From: Eledone cirrhosa
Taxonomy: Eukaryota
Direction: 5' to 3'
Assembly: GCA_964016885.1 (NCBI GenBank)
Contig: OZ024740.1
Span: forward strand, 69,440,001-69,504,000
DNA: 64,000 nt
The position numbers and the translations under genes are program-made. Of this stretch, positions 1 to 14,004 are shown one piece after another (positions within the stretch are counted from its first letter, which is position 1; each line of letters opens with the position of its first letter). The notes beneath the pieces are model-generated. The model saw nothing but the letters and a program-made list of their open reading frames with translations. It was not told where the DNA came from and ran no database searches.

Positions 1-972
1 GTTAAGAAGGTCATATGATACTGCTACAGTATGAAACTGCTATCACTATCAACGTGATGTATCAGCTTGACTCTCCCTTTGGATTAGGACTGGACTTCAT
101 TTGAGTATGTGCTACGTGAATCCTACTTATGTAATATTTGGAAATATTGCATCACGTAACACTTGCTGATGCAACTGTGGTGCACAGGGCGTGGCCTTGA
201 AATAGTATAGTTCGGGTCTTTTAATTGTACCCTGAGTAAGCCGTTTAACTACTATTTAGCGTATAGTGTCCACACGAGGTTACAAGTTCATAAAAACGAC
301 ATAAGAATTTTTCTAAATCATCGAATGAGAAGATAGCGGCCGATCGAGACGAATTGTAAACGGCTAGCTGGGTTAAACTTAATATATGTGTGTGTGGGGG
401 GGGGTCTGTCTGTATGTGTCTGTGCCTGTGTGTGTGCGTATGTATGTGTTATGTGTGAGCCGCTTTGTATGTGTGTGTAAATGTAAATCTGCCTATAAGT
501 ATTTTTCTTAGATATTTTTGGTTTTCGTTTATTATTATTTTTTTATAAATTTTCAAAGCTGTTCATGTATTTGTGATTAAAGCGAAAAGTTGTTCTCAGA
601 TTCTTCAAGAATATTGCACTTGACTTCAAAGGAATTTTGCTACCAATAAAAAAAGTCTGATTCTTTATAATGTTTCGAAACTATTTTGTGACTATTCAGT
701 AATATGGTAGTTTCCAAAACGAAGGGAAATTAGAACTCGTGTAGCTTAAAGCAGCATGAGGTTTTCATGATAACTTATATGATGAATATCTCTTTCCTAA
801 GTTCTTTTTTTATATGTATTTCTAGACGACAAGTAATCAAAGGAACACGTATACAGCCCTCGACTGTTATCTTTAACTTAATATTATAGAAATATGCTTC
901 CACACACACACACACACTCACAAATATTCATCTCGCCCTCTCTCTCCATCTCCCTCTCCCTATCTATCCCTC

Positions 973-1072
<100 letters not shown>

Positions 1073-1362
1073 CAAATAACGAAACGAAATTAAATTTCGT
1101 TTCGTTTGTAACTCACTTTTGTATGACTGACGCTTAAACAATTAAGTTAAAAATGTACATCTACATATGCATACTGAAATACTAGTCTGTATATGAATAC
1201 ACACACGTATACATATGTAGGTGTACCAAGTCTTTCACTGGTCGCTTTACAGTGAGCGGCCCAGCTATTCTGTACGTAAACACACAGACAAACCGGTTTT
1301 TAGAGTCATACTGGTTTTCGGGGGGAACACCTTCCCTCCATTCTCCAGAAAGCCAGACAAGG

Positions 1363-1407
1363 AATATTGGACTAGTTTCGTTGTTGTTACAACTCATCAG
1401 CAATATT
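1363..1407 (-). ncRNA. Minimal type I hammerhead ribozyme (further copies 1831-1875 and 2299-2343)
   Basis: Minus strand reads AAUAUUG-CUGAUGA-GUUGU aaca ACAAC-GAAA-CUAG-UC-CAAUAUU: canonical core, 7-bp stem I, 5-bp stem II, palindromic ACUAGU stem III, GUC cleavage triplet. Confidence 0.92.
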
Positions 1408-2877
1408 TACCTATCTACCGGCCTTTCTGGAGAATTGTAAAAGCACATATCGTTATATGCTTTTTCTATGAAAATTAGTAGTGGGCAGACTAATTTGCAT
1501 AGAGTGTGAGTACGCACCGGTTCAGCGGAGACGATAAAAACAAATAACGAAACGAAATTAAATTTCGTTTCGTTTGTAACTCACTTTTGTATGACTGACG
1601 CTTAAACAATTAAGTTAAAAATGTACATCTACATATGCATACTGAAATACTAGTGTGTATATGAATACACACACGTATACATATGTAGGTGTACCAAGTC
1701 TTTCACTGGTCGCTTTACAGTGAGCGGCCCAGCTATTCTGTATGTAAACACACAGACAAACCGGTTTTTAGAGTCATACTGGTTTTCGGGGGGAACACCT
1801 TCCCTCCATTCTCCAGAAAGCCAGACAAGGAATATTGGACTAGTTTCGTTGTTGTTACAACTCATCAGCAATATTTACCTATCTACCGGCCTTTCTGGAG
1901 AATTGTAAAAGCACATATCGTTATATGCTTTTTCTATGAAAATTAGTAGTGGGCAGACTAATTTGCATAGAGTGTGAGTACGCACCGGTTCAGCGGAGAC
2001 GATAAAAACAAATAACGAAACGAAATTAAATTTCGTTTCGTTTGTAACTCACTTTTGTATGACTGACGCTTAAACAATTAAGTTAAAAATGTACATCTAC
2101 ATATGCATACTGAAATACTAGTGTGTATATGAATACACACACGTATACATATGTAGGTGTACAAAGTCTTTCACTGGTCGCTTTACAGTGAGCGGCCCAG
2201 CTATTCTGTATGTAAACACACAGACAAACCGGTTTTTAGAGTCATACTGGTTTTCGGGGGGAACACCTTCCCTCCATTCTCCAGCAAGCCAGACAAGGAA
2301 TATTGGACTAGTTTCGTTGTTGTTACAACTCATCAGCAATATTTACCTATCTACCGGCCTTTCTGGAGAATTGTAAAAGCACATATCGTTATATGTTGTA
2401 ACAACAACGAAACTATCGTTATATGTTGTAACAACAACGAAACTAGTCCAATATTCCTTGTCTGGCTTTCTGGAGAATGGAGGGAAGGTGTTCCCCCGAA
2501 AACCAGTATGACTTTAAAAACCGGTTTGTCTGTGTGTTTACATACAGAATAGCTGGGCCCCTCACTGTAAAGCGACCAGTGAAAGACTTGGTACACCTAC
2601 ATATGTATACGTGTGTGTATTCATATACACACTAGTATTTCAGTATGCATATGTAGATGTACATTTTTAACTTAATTGTTTAAGCGTCAGTCATACAAAA
2701 GTGAGTTACAAACGAAACGAAATTTAATTTCGTTTCATTATTTGTTTTTATCGTCTCCGCTGAACCGGTGCGTACTCACACTCTATGCAAATTAGTCTGC
2801 CCACTACTAATTTTCATAGAAAAAGCATATAACGATATGTGCTTTTACAGTTCTCCAGAAAGGCCGGTAGATAGGTA

Positions 2878-2922
2878 AATATTGCTGATGAGTTGTAACA
2901 ACAACGAAACTAGTGCAATATT
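2878..2922 (+). ncRNA. Hammerhead copy in inverted arm with GUG triplet, probably inactive (also 3346-3390)
   Basis: aatattg ctgatga gttgt aaca acaac gaaa ctagtg caatatt; C17 is changed to G. Confidence 0.8.
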
Positions 2923-3816
2923 CCTTGTCTGGCTTTCTGGAGAATGGAGGGAAGGTGTTCCCCCCGAAAACCAGTATGACTCTAAAAACCGGTTTGTCTG
3001 TGTGTTTACATACAGAATAGCTGGGCCGTTCACTGTAAAGCGACCAGTGAAAGACTTGGTACACCTACATATGTATACGTGTGTGTATTCATATACACAC
3101 TAGTATTTCAGTATGCATATGTAGATGTACATTTTTAACTTAATTGTTTAAGCGTCAGTCATACAAAAGTGAGTTACAAACGAAACGAAATTTAATTTCG
3201 TTTCGTTATTTGTTTTTATCGTCTCCGCTGAACCGGTGCGTACTCACACTCTATGCAAATTAGTCTACCCACTACTAATTTTCATAGAAAAAGCATATAA
3301 AGATATGTGCTTTTACAATTCTCCAGAAAGGCCGGTAGATAGGTAAATATTGCTGATGAGTTGTAACAACAACGAAACTAGTGCAATATTCCTTGTCTGG
3401 CTTTCTGGAGAATGGAGGGAAGGTGTTCCCCCCGAAAACCAGTATGACTCTAAAAACCGGTTTGTCTGTGTGTTTACATACAGAATAGCTGGGCCGCTCA
3501 CTGTAAAGCGACCAGTGAAAGACTTGGTACACCTACATATGTATACGTGTGTGTATTCATATACACACTAGTATTTCAGTATGCATATGTAGATGTACAT
3601 TTTTAACTTAATTGTTTAAGCGTCAGTCATACAAAAGTGAGTTACAAACGAAACGAAATTTAATTTCGTTTCGTTATTTGTTTTTATCGTCTCCGCTGAA
3701 CCGGTGCGTACTCACACTCTATGCAAATTAGTCTGCCCACTACTAATTTTCATAGAAAAAGCATATAACGATATGTGCTTTTACAATTCTCCAGAAAGGC
3801 CGGTAGATAGGTAAAT

Positions 3817-4060
3817 CTGTTTGCTCTGATCAGAGCAAACAGCACGGACACTCTATCTCAAAATTATTTTTGAAAAGCATTTAGAAATGCGCAACCGGTA
3901 AAAACTTAAAAACTTAAAACCACAACTGAATACTAACCCATACAATCACTAATACTCTTTTATTCCTAATTAAACCATTTTTCAACTGTGAACAATTTGT
4001 CAGCATTTTCTATTCCGTTTACCAATATATAATAACTTGTGTGTTACACCTCTATTCTTT

Positions 4061-4066
<6 letters not shown>
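3817..4066. mobile_element. Short dispersed element beginning with a perfect 26-bp palindrome; related copy inverted at 56126-56318
   Basis: ctgtttgctctgatcagagcaaacag at 3817-3842. 3830-4025 matches the reverse complement of 56126-56318. Ends at (TA)n. Confidence 0.7.
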
Positions 4067-4119
<53 letters not shown>

Positions 4120-4216
4120 GTGTGTCTGTTTGTATGTGTTTGTGTACACTTTTATTTCAATTCTGTATATAACCAGATATAAGTTAATAATATACTCCGA
4201 CTGCTTAGAACACTTC

Positions 4217-4292
<76 letters not shown>

Positions 4293-4559
4293 ATTTGCCT
4301 ATAATAATTTACGTTTTTATTATTTTATGTCATGCCCTACATATTACATATAAACTAGACATAAGGTCATCTCCTACTTGCACTTGATAGGTTGGATACC
4401 AAGTGCTGTATAGCTGGAATGAAAATTTCTGCTGCAAAAACTGTGCCACTGCTCCGCTCAAGAAATCCTGTGCAGTGCACGCTACACGTGAATGGAGTTC
4501 CACTGAAGTAGGTGGAGAATTTAAAGTATTTTGGGGCCTTGTTCACCAGGGATGGAAGG

Positions 4560-4989
4560 CAGGGGGCATAATCTTGAGAAATTATTAAAAGAATACGATC
4601 GCGAATTCAAACGGCCAAAATCGGGTTCCCACGAAATGACGCTGGAGTAACGTTACTCGATAGAGTGCGTAGAATGGAGATCAGAGAATCGCTCCAGGTA
4701 GAGCAGCTACTTCTCCGAGTTCGGAGTTCACAGCTCCGGTACTAAGGGCATGAGGTTAGCATGTCCCAGGAAAAAATAACTCGACATATTTGCGGGCAAA
4801 GCCACCTAGAGGGAGGCCCAACGGTAGACCCCCGAACAAGATGGTTGGGCAGCATCCATGGTCTCGGCTGGTCTGGCGTGGGGAACCAGCTGGATCAGTT
4901 GGAAACGGTTGCTTCTGACAGGACAAACTGGAATGAGCGTTTGAGGAATCTTCCCCAATGACACGCTCAGAAATAAAGGACAAGAAGAA

Positions 4990-5036
<47 letters not shown>

Positions 5037-5212
5037 AGAAGAAGAAGAAGAAGAAGAAGAAGAAGAAGAAGAAGAAGAAGAAGAAGAAGAAGAAGAAGAA
5101 GAAGAAGAAGAAGAAGACGACGACGACGACGACGAAGAAGAAGAAGAAGAAGAAGAAGAAGAAGACGAAGAAGAAGAAGAAGAAGAAGAAGAAGAAGAAG
5201 AAGAAGAAGAAG

Positions 5213-5242
<30 letters not shown>
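4560..5242 (+). mobile_element. RTE-clade LINE 3' fragment with (GAC)n/(GAA)n tail
   Basis: Degenerate translation EIRESLQVEQLLLRVRSSQLRY*GH...RGRPNGRP resembles RTE ORF C-termini. Followed by a trinucleotide tail at 4981-5242. Confidence 0.7.
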
Positions 5243-5243
<1 letters not shown>

Positions 5244-5689
5244 TCAAGGTCGTTTAATGAATACAAATTGTTTATCAAAGAAGGCCTTTATAGGAGGAGC
5301 GGAATGGAAGAAGGACTTTATGTTGTCTTTTTAGCTGGCAGAAATATTGGCTGAAACTTCCTTTTGGAAGCGACCTCCGTTTGTTTTAATGATGACTGCT
5401 TCAGTTAACTCTTTCAGTTAACACCCTACCCATAACATTAACGCGTGTGTGTGTGTACTTGTCTTTGTGTTCTGAGTTAATCCAACAGTGGTCCACTTTG
5501 CGTTTCATCATTTTAAGATCGATAAATCTAGTACCAGTTCAGGGTTTGTGCAGTCCTCTTTTCTTCCAGCTGTCACAAGTTAGCTGGTCAAGTTGATCAA
5601 ACGAGAGAGTGTCAAGATGGTATCTGCATGAGCATCCAACCCTAAGCGAAAGCATGTTAGATACTATCAAATCAGACTCGAATACGAAT

Positions 5690-5870
5690 AATATGAAGGA
5701 TTCTGGACCCCGACGCCTTAGCTCCTGCCATTTCCCAACTATTTCCGAACGGAAATAGCTGTTGAAACAGTAGGAACTCAGCTGTCGGCGTCCCGAATCC
5801 TTCATATTACCACACTCTACTCCCCCCAGTATCGAGTACTGTGGTAAGTAATGGTCTAACAGTTTTCTTT
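5690..5870. mobile_element. Diverged fold-back PLE terminus remnant (family of 47716-51410)
   Basis: Imperfect inverted repeat aatatgaaggattc...ctatttccg aa cggaaatag...gaatccttcatatt, plus tail ccacactctact...gtaatggtc similar to the 47716 element tail. Confidence 0.6.
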
Positions 5871-6159
5871 ACTGAATCGATTGCGATTTATATATATATA
5901 TATATATATGGACGGGGCGGGCGTATATGTGTGCATATAAATACACGTTCGTATTGTTTTGGTTCTTCCTGTGTGATTAGGCATATTTCTTTACATTCAA
6001 ATTCTTTGTGAAATGTCAGGAATCAAATTTGATTATTATAAAAAATACCTATCACATTTAGTTTTAGAGTTAATTTTTCCTTGATCTTTATTATCTATTT
6101 TTTTTTACATATATATTCAATTTCCAAGCATAAAAGTTGCTGCTGAAAATAATTGATTC

Positions 6160-6330
6160 TACTTTTTTGCACAAGGCCAGCAATTACCCAGTGTATTACT
6201 GATACTTTATTTTATCGACCCCACAAGGATGAAAGGCAAAGTTAACCTCGGCGGGATTTGAACTCAGAATGACAAGGGCCGTAACTCTATGCGTCAAAGC
6301 ATGGCGTCCGACACTCTACCGATACTGCCA
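6160..6330 (-). mobile_element. tRNA-derived SINE (family A)
   Basis: Minus strand has A box TGGCAGTATCGG, B box GTTCAAATCC and a central GCCTTTCATCCTT..GGGGTCGATAAAATAAAGTA block repeated many times in the window. Confidence 0.85.
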
Positions 6331-7249
6331 GAAAATAATGTTAGCTTATGTGACAACGTGTCAAATATCTCTGTCCATGGACTTTGTAGAGATTAAACAC
6401 ATTTTCATAAATCACCTTCTCGCATAGTCATAAACATATATTCTTACTATTAAAACTGTTTTATGTAAGTAGCAGTAACGTTGCATAGTAGAGGTTTCCT
6501 TTTTTTTTCAAAATTTGTTTAACGTGTACTACTTAAGTAATGAAATATAATGGTTAAACTACACACATACATCGGATAATTTTGAACTTTGGCGAGGCGG
6601 GTGTGCAGGTCTGATGAAATAGACAGTTCCCACGACCCATACTGAATTGAGAGAGATTAACGTTATGAGAAATTAAGTTCTTGCACGTCGACTACTGCAG
6701 AAATATCATGAGCAGGGAAGGACTTTCAGAAAGCCGACGTTCGTGACAGGACGGTCTGGAGGAATGTACTCTGCCTATAAATCAAATGTCCAGACATGGC
6801 ATATAATTTTTCGCCCTTATTCGACTCCGAATATACTGCAAGGTCATCCGTATTTGTAAAATACTCAGCCACATATATTAATTTTTGGGTTGGACATTCG
6901 GTTGATGGATCAACTGAATGCTTATTCTCAAATTCGGCCGTGGATTAAAAATTGTTGAAGCAACACTACGTCATCACATATATATTACACACAAGCCAAG
7001 GGATCATTTATCTTCTTACCTAATATGATTTGGGTAACTGTTAAATCTTCCTTAAAACACTTTTAAAAGCATATGATGCATTAGATAATGTAATCTTAGT
7101 AAATCAACGTAAACAAATACATTTGAACATAGATTTGCTTGTTTGGGGATAACAAGAGGCTAAACAGCAACAACATCGCATAATGCTGCAGTTAAACACG
7201 CATAGGCACACTCACACACACATATACACACACACAAACAAACAATAAT

Positions 7250-7460
7250 AGTTTCTGATTTGGGCACAAGGCCGACAATTTTAGAAAATGGCAACTTTGA
7301 GTAAATCGACCCAGTGCGTTACTGGTACTTTATTTTATCGACCACGTAAGGAAGAAATACAAATCTAATCGCGAAGGGATTTAAACTCAACGTAAATGTT
7401 TATAGATATATGCAACAAAGCACGTTGTCCGACGCTCAACCGATATTACGAATCTGCGGC
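7250..7460 (-). mobile_element. SINE family A, diverged
   Basis: ggcacaaggcc...actggtactttattttatcgacc...gggatttaaactca. Confidence 0.75.
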
Positions 7461-10400
7461 GCACACACACACACACAATAATAAAATGAAGGTACATAAA
7501 ATGATAACAGAAAAGATTTGATGAGACTGATATATTCAAAAGATGCCTATTTGGAAATATTCTTCAAAATCTAAACAGAAGAGAAACAATTGTCATGCGC
7601 ATTGCTGTATTCTAATCATTTCTCATTATATCTTAAAACTGAAAATATCAAGTTAAAGAGAATTTCTTATTCCCGGCCATGCCCATAACTTGCAAATATT
7701 TTTCATATGCTGCTTGTGTGTTGTAGTTCTTTAGTCCTAGTGTGTCTTTTAATTAGTTTTTCAATTTAGAGATGAAAATATTTATGATTATACGCCTGTA
7801 TTACTGAGAATTTCTCGCTAAAATTGGTTGGGATTCACTTAAATTCCGTGGTCTGTGATTATGTTATATATCATGGAACTGCTAATCATCTTCGAAAATG
7901 TTACACAATCGTAAATTCTCATCTTTCCTATGGATAATATTATCGCTGTATTATTAAAAATACAATACTAAAAGTGATTGGTTTTTCATTGAAAATCCTT
8001 GGCCTTGAGCCTATATCAAGCACCATTTTATGGAGCAAGATTACTTTATGGATTCAATCCAGTTGCATTCCTCACAAAGGCTAAACTTCATGATGAATAT
8101 TTCATCATCATAAATATCTTATGCTCATTTCCTATGAAATATAGCTTCTTTATGATTGGTTCAAACAGTCTATTATTTATTTATTCTCCATAGATACGTT
8201 GGTATAGAAGATGCTGTTTTATGAAACGAGCTTATCTTACGACGTGCTATTAATATTATCGCTATTAATTTTCACAAACACACACTTAAAAAGAAAGATA
8301 GTAAAATAAATTTGTAAATTAAAATACATAAAATTATAAATGAAGCGATTTTCTAAGACAGATATATTCAAAAGACAGCTATTTATTTTGAAAATATTAT
8401 TGAAATTCAAAGAACACTGTGCCATACGCATTGCCGCCTTCTAATCATCTCTAAATATCCAAAATGTATAGATTTCTTAAAACTCAAATTCGAGAGAAAC
8501 ATTCTAATTATCTAGAATTTTCCTTGAAATCCTTCTTTTTTCACTGTAATATTATCTTTATTATTGTTGTTGTTGTTATTATTATAGTTGTCATTTTATT
8601 TAATATATATTTCACTTCAGTAGCGACCATATTTCGTAAATTTTGTATAATGACAGAGGAAAGGAAATTCAGAGAATCTATTCATGTTCTCTTAAATCTG
8701 TACCATTATTTGAAAGTAAGATGTTTTCAAACATAATAACAACAACAGTAACAACATCGTCAACAACTACAACAACAACAAATGGTGAATTTCTATAATG
8801 ATTCAAGTTTGCGAAAGAATAACTTAAACCATTTACATGCAACATTATTATATTTATGCAACTTTAATTATATTACCGTTTCTGTCTGTTTTTCTGCCTA
8901 TGTATGTATGTATGTATGTATGTATGTATGTATGTATGTATGTATGTATGTATGTATGTATGTATGTATTATGTATGTGTGTCATTGTGTGCATATATAT
9001 ATATAGGTGTTTGTGCCTGTGTGGGTGTTTGTGAATACGTCTGTATATGCTTGTCTATATTCTTGTATATGAATCTGAGCGTATGTATATATGTGAAAAT
9101 GTATGTATATATGTATGCATGTATATATGCATGTGTATGGTGTGTATGCATGGCTCTGTCTTCATACATACGTGCGTAGTTCACACATTGCGCCTTCCTC
9201 ATAAGATTTCCATTACTCGAATGGATTGTAAGATATTTGAATTAGGAATATTCCTTTAAATAGAAGTCTATTTCAGAATATGCTGTTTTCACTTAGACTC
9301 CTAATAATACACTTCATTCTATTCATGTGTTCCTTTCTAATATTTAAATAACGGAACTTGACCGACTGCTCCCTTTTTAGGCCTCTTCCTGTCGAGAACT
9401 CCAGTCCTCTTGGTATTCGTACTCCTGTTTTCCCCCGCAAAATCAGTAGGAATGCATGAAAAACCCCCCCAAATCCCACCCACCCCAAAAAGCATGTGGA
9501 GTGGAAAAATTGATGCAGCGACTGTCACTGACTGTTCTAAGCTGCAACACTTTACCATCTTGTCCATAGCTAAGATATATTCTCCAACAAAGCCATTTAG
9601 ATTACCCCCCCTTCCCAATTTCCCTTGTTCCTTATTGGCTGGACTTTATTCTTTCCACTCTTTTGTATTTTTTCTGTCTTCGAAGGATGTTCTGCTAGCA
9701 TGGGTAGTATGCATATTGATATTATACGTAAATATATATATGCATGTAGATATGATACGTCAAATAAAATCGTAATTGACAATATGCACAGAAATTGAAG
9801 AGAGACTGGGTTACACTGTCTTTTGTAATCAATAAAATAATCAATGATACATTTAAAAAAGATCATATATATAAACTGCATTACGGCGAAATGTAATGAA
9901 AACGAAAAAGGAAAAAAATTAACGACAGGAATGTAAACGTTATGATGCAAATATATGAACGTTTATATAAGCGATATGATATAGCATCCGTTATATCATA
10001 ACCAGAAGTATTGACATTTGAACATTTTTAAAGAAATTAATCTTAAAGTAAGTAATCATTATATATAAAAATATTTATATCTAATCAACAGCTACGAAAT
10101 TTAGTACATAAGTTACATAATATTCATTCATGATTTATTCAAAGTAATCCAACATATTTTAATAACGTGTTCAGAAAAAATATCGCTTACCAGACTCACA
10201 ATCCTCCAATTATTATATATAAGATTTTTCCAATACTCTCAATATTGCGTTTATACTCAGAACTATTTATAACACATGCTTTTTTGTTATACTCAAAACT
10301 ATTCATAACTCATGAATTTTTGTTGTTCAGGAAATACTATGGTAATCTATTGAAGAGAATCTTTGGAAATGTTATTAATCTAATATTAATCCTAAAAGAT

Positions 10401-10614
10401 CATACCTACCATCAAAGAACTTCCAACCATGATCATCTCGTCATTTCGTATATTCAGTATCACTTTATCGTTTTCTTCCCTTTTCTTTTCTTGAAAAGGT
10501 TGTGTTATGGCTTGATCCCAATCCTAGAGCCTTATTACGTCCGTACTTATCTAGGTTTTGCATTAAGCTATTGAGATTAGAGTTTGTGGCTGGAGTAAAC
10601 CTCAGTTGAAGGAA

Positions 10615-10720
10615 TGTGAAATGGAATGACTTGCTGAAGGACACAACGAGCTAATATATCGCGAAGAATCGAACCTACGACTATGCAATCACGTACACAT
10701 ACTAAACAGCGACACGGCTT
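10615..10720 (-). mobile_element. tRNA-derived SINE family B fragment
   Basis: gacttgctgaaggacacaacg...gaatcgaacctacgac, similar to 18115-18220. Confidence 0.55.
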
Positions 10721-11079
10721 GCTTTCACTTCGACTATGATATTGCTGATATTTCTTATAAGTTGACGGAGCACAAAGAGATGTTTCCCCGCTAGGTTCGT
10801 GTTTCGGCATCATATTGTGATTATTGTGAATCTCTTATCCGGCTGACTTTATACATTATGGTTTAATATATCATCGCGGATAATAAGATATATTAGTGGT
10901 TATAACATTTGATTCTTAATACAATTTAGCATTATAATTGTTTAACTGCAGTAGCAACGAATAGCAGTCTCAACCAATTGAATCCTTATGTAGAACTTGA
11001 AACCAAAACGCAAAGTGCCGGAACAGATATTGCAATGCGTATCATTCCACCTTCTATCAATTTCACCAATCCAAATCTT

Positions 11080-11190
11080 TATTCATCAACACCGAAGATA
11101 TAAAAGGTAAAGTTGACCTTGACGGGATTTAAGTTCAAATCATAGGAGCCCGAGTTAAATTCAGCAAGCCATTGAGTTCAGCACATTGAT
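11080..11190 (-). mobile_element. SINE family A fragment
   Basis: aaaggtaaagttgaccttgacgggattt. Confidence 0.55.
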
Positions 11191-14004
11191 GACGATTATG
11201 CGGTGATGTATATGCGGACGTTCGAACTTGATAGGAATTTTGTCGTAAAGGTTTACTTTATAACACAAATCTGTTCAATAAAAGGAGTGCCCAGATCTGC
11301 ATTAATTTTAATTTAAATGTTTTGATATAAAAGAATAAACACTTTCCAGAAATATAGTAAGGAAATCATTTTTTTCTCGAAAATTTACTCAACTATCTAG
11401 TTTTTGTTTCTTTTTCTCTGGTTTTAGTATATAATTTTACTTTTACATAAATTTATGAATATTATTGATATTAATATAAACAATAATCTTATTCATGGAG
11501 CATAGTTGATATTGTTTAGATAATGGAATATCTGATTCTGACGTCATAGGAGTAGCAAAATGAGTGAAGATAATTAGATAGAGAGTAAATTGAAGCTAAT
11601 CTCAAAATAATGAATTAATTTGGCATAGTGCTCTACTCCTAATATATATAAAAAGCTGACTAAAAATAAATACGCTGTGCGAAAAACAAAACTGTATTAT
11701 TTTCATTATGTTGTCAAGTACGTCAGAAAACCTTTGGGTGGTTTCAGTTTTATTACGGCCTCATCAGCCTGCCTTAATTTACACCCCTTCGTCTTCATAA
11801 AAATGGTACAATCCTCTGAAATTCCCTTCCTGTCAACGTTTTTCTAGAAAGAAAGACATAGAGATATTACCCTAAACATCAAATTCCTCAGCCTCGGTAA
11901 AAGTCATGAGCTATACATCTGTTACTTTGGTTATTTTAAATAGGAAATCCAACAGGTCTTACCAAGCCCGATAGTAAATGATATTCATGTACATATGAAA
12001 TGAATAATGGTCTCACATTCATATTTAAAAAGGGCGATCTTGTCACAGATTCTTTATATGGTTTAGTCAGGTGTGGAATTAGCAGTGTCAGGACTTTCTT
12101 TGTGATTGGTGAAAGAACGGAGGTTCGTTTCAAACAGGAAACCTGATCCGTATGATTGCAACTGCAGCAGAGGAAACTCTTGGTTGTGTTGTTAGACTGG
12201 GAAACATGAGACAAATTTTATATCAGAGAAAATGTAGTTTTCTTTGCACGTATGCCTCTATCATTCTATGTTCAAATACTACTGGTGGTAACTCTCCATT
12301 GCTATAGTGTAAAGTCGATAAGTTAAACCATTAATCAAGTACATGGTTGGTCTAATCCAATGTACCATTTCCCTACATATATGACTATGTAACCCAGTAT
12401 CATTGAATCCAACCTTTGAATACGAATCAATACTTGTAATCAACGAATTCAATGAAAGTATACTGTATGATTTTTGTCAGTATTCTCAATGATTTACAGC
12501 GTGAGATTAGGATGGTTACACACTGTACAAGGAAACCGGAATACAGGTTCAACATTCAAGAATATTTCATCTTTTCTAAAGCTACATACATGACAGTACT
12601 TTAGATTGGTTTTATTCTGATTCTTTTTTCATAAATATACGCTTATGTTTTTCTATAGCGAAGAAATAGGTCAGCGTTGTACAAACTCCTATTTAAAGCT
12701 TATAAGAAAGGCTCAAGGTTTCGTAAAATAATGTTAATGAATCATAGATACTAGGAATGAGATTTAAGAATATTGTCATTCTAAATCACATATATCAACA
12801 CGATAACATTATCCTGTCTTAAATCTAAATAATAAAATAACTAAAAAAGCAAATAAGCTCTATCTTAATGGATATTCTCACGATCGATCGAGAGATAAAA
12901 ATATTCTCTCTCAAAGTGAAGATGATGTCATAAGGCTGCATTATGTTTCCACCAAATGTCAACGTAATGTCTATCTTGCTCGTCATCAAGGATCACCAAC
13001 AGCATGGACGGACGTCTACGCTTTGAGAGTTATCTTAACAAAAACTATATATATATATATATATATACAACCCCAAACCCCAAACTAATCAGTTGAGGAT
13101 TAAAATTATTGTGCGGCTTAATTAATCGGTGAAATGAGTATTAGTTAGAATAAGGCAAATGGTATAATCAATGCACACTATCTCAGCAAAGATTATCCCA
13201 TTCAGATATGTTCAGAATATAAAACGTTATACTTCAAGTCAAAATTTAAAATATTGCTTCTTTTCTGAAATCAATAATACATTATTATTTGATATTTATT
13301 TTCTTATTTTCGCTACTTTTATTCGATTTTTTTTATTATTATTATGTGTATCTTTGTTTTGTTTTATTCCTATTCGGATCTTGAAATATCCTTGACTCAT
13401 CATAAGTTAAAAGAAAGAGAGAAGGGAAATAGAAGAGAAATGGTTATTTTATCGATTGTTTCTATAATGTGTAAGTTATAATAATGTATCGCTGTTATCT
13501 ATGGTTTTGCTTGAGATTTGTAACTGAAATCTTTACATGAGAACCTGTATAAGGATATAGGCCAATAGCTTCATGTAAAAGAAGGTGTCACTTTGAATAA
13601 TAGTGAAAACAAAGAATTTTGAATAGATATGTACATTAATTTTGAGAGGGGGACTAATATAATTCTGTTTTATAAGGTAGGCATTTCTGAGTGGTATTAA
13701 AATGTTCCGCTTCGGAATCCCATATTTCTTAGTTCGAGTCTGCAGTGAGTTACTATGAGCATGTCTTCTACTTTAACGACGGAATGAGCGATGCTTTCTG
13801 CATGAAATTTGGTAAACGAAAAGTCCCCAAATTAATCATTCAGAAACCCGACCGCGCTTAATGGTTCTGATATTGTTTACAAACTTGCTGACTTAATGAT
13901 AAAGCTTAAAATAACGGACAATATTCGCCTGTTTCAAATCCAATATAACAGGTGTGGACTATAGTGCTACGTTCTGCGTTGTACAAATATTTTCCGTATT
14001 CAAT

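Noticed and set aside
320-365. Hammerhead-like tgaaga...gagacgaattgta
   Set aside because: Two core mismatches and no stem I pairing.
4756-5278. Poly-K, poly-F and poly-L ORFs
   Set aside because: Translations of the (GAC)n/(GAA)n LINE tail.
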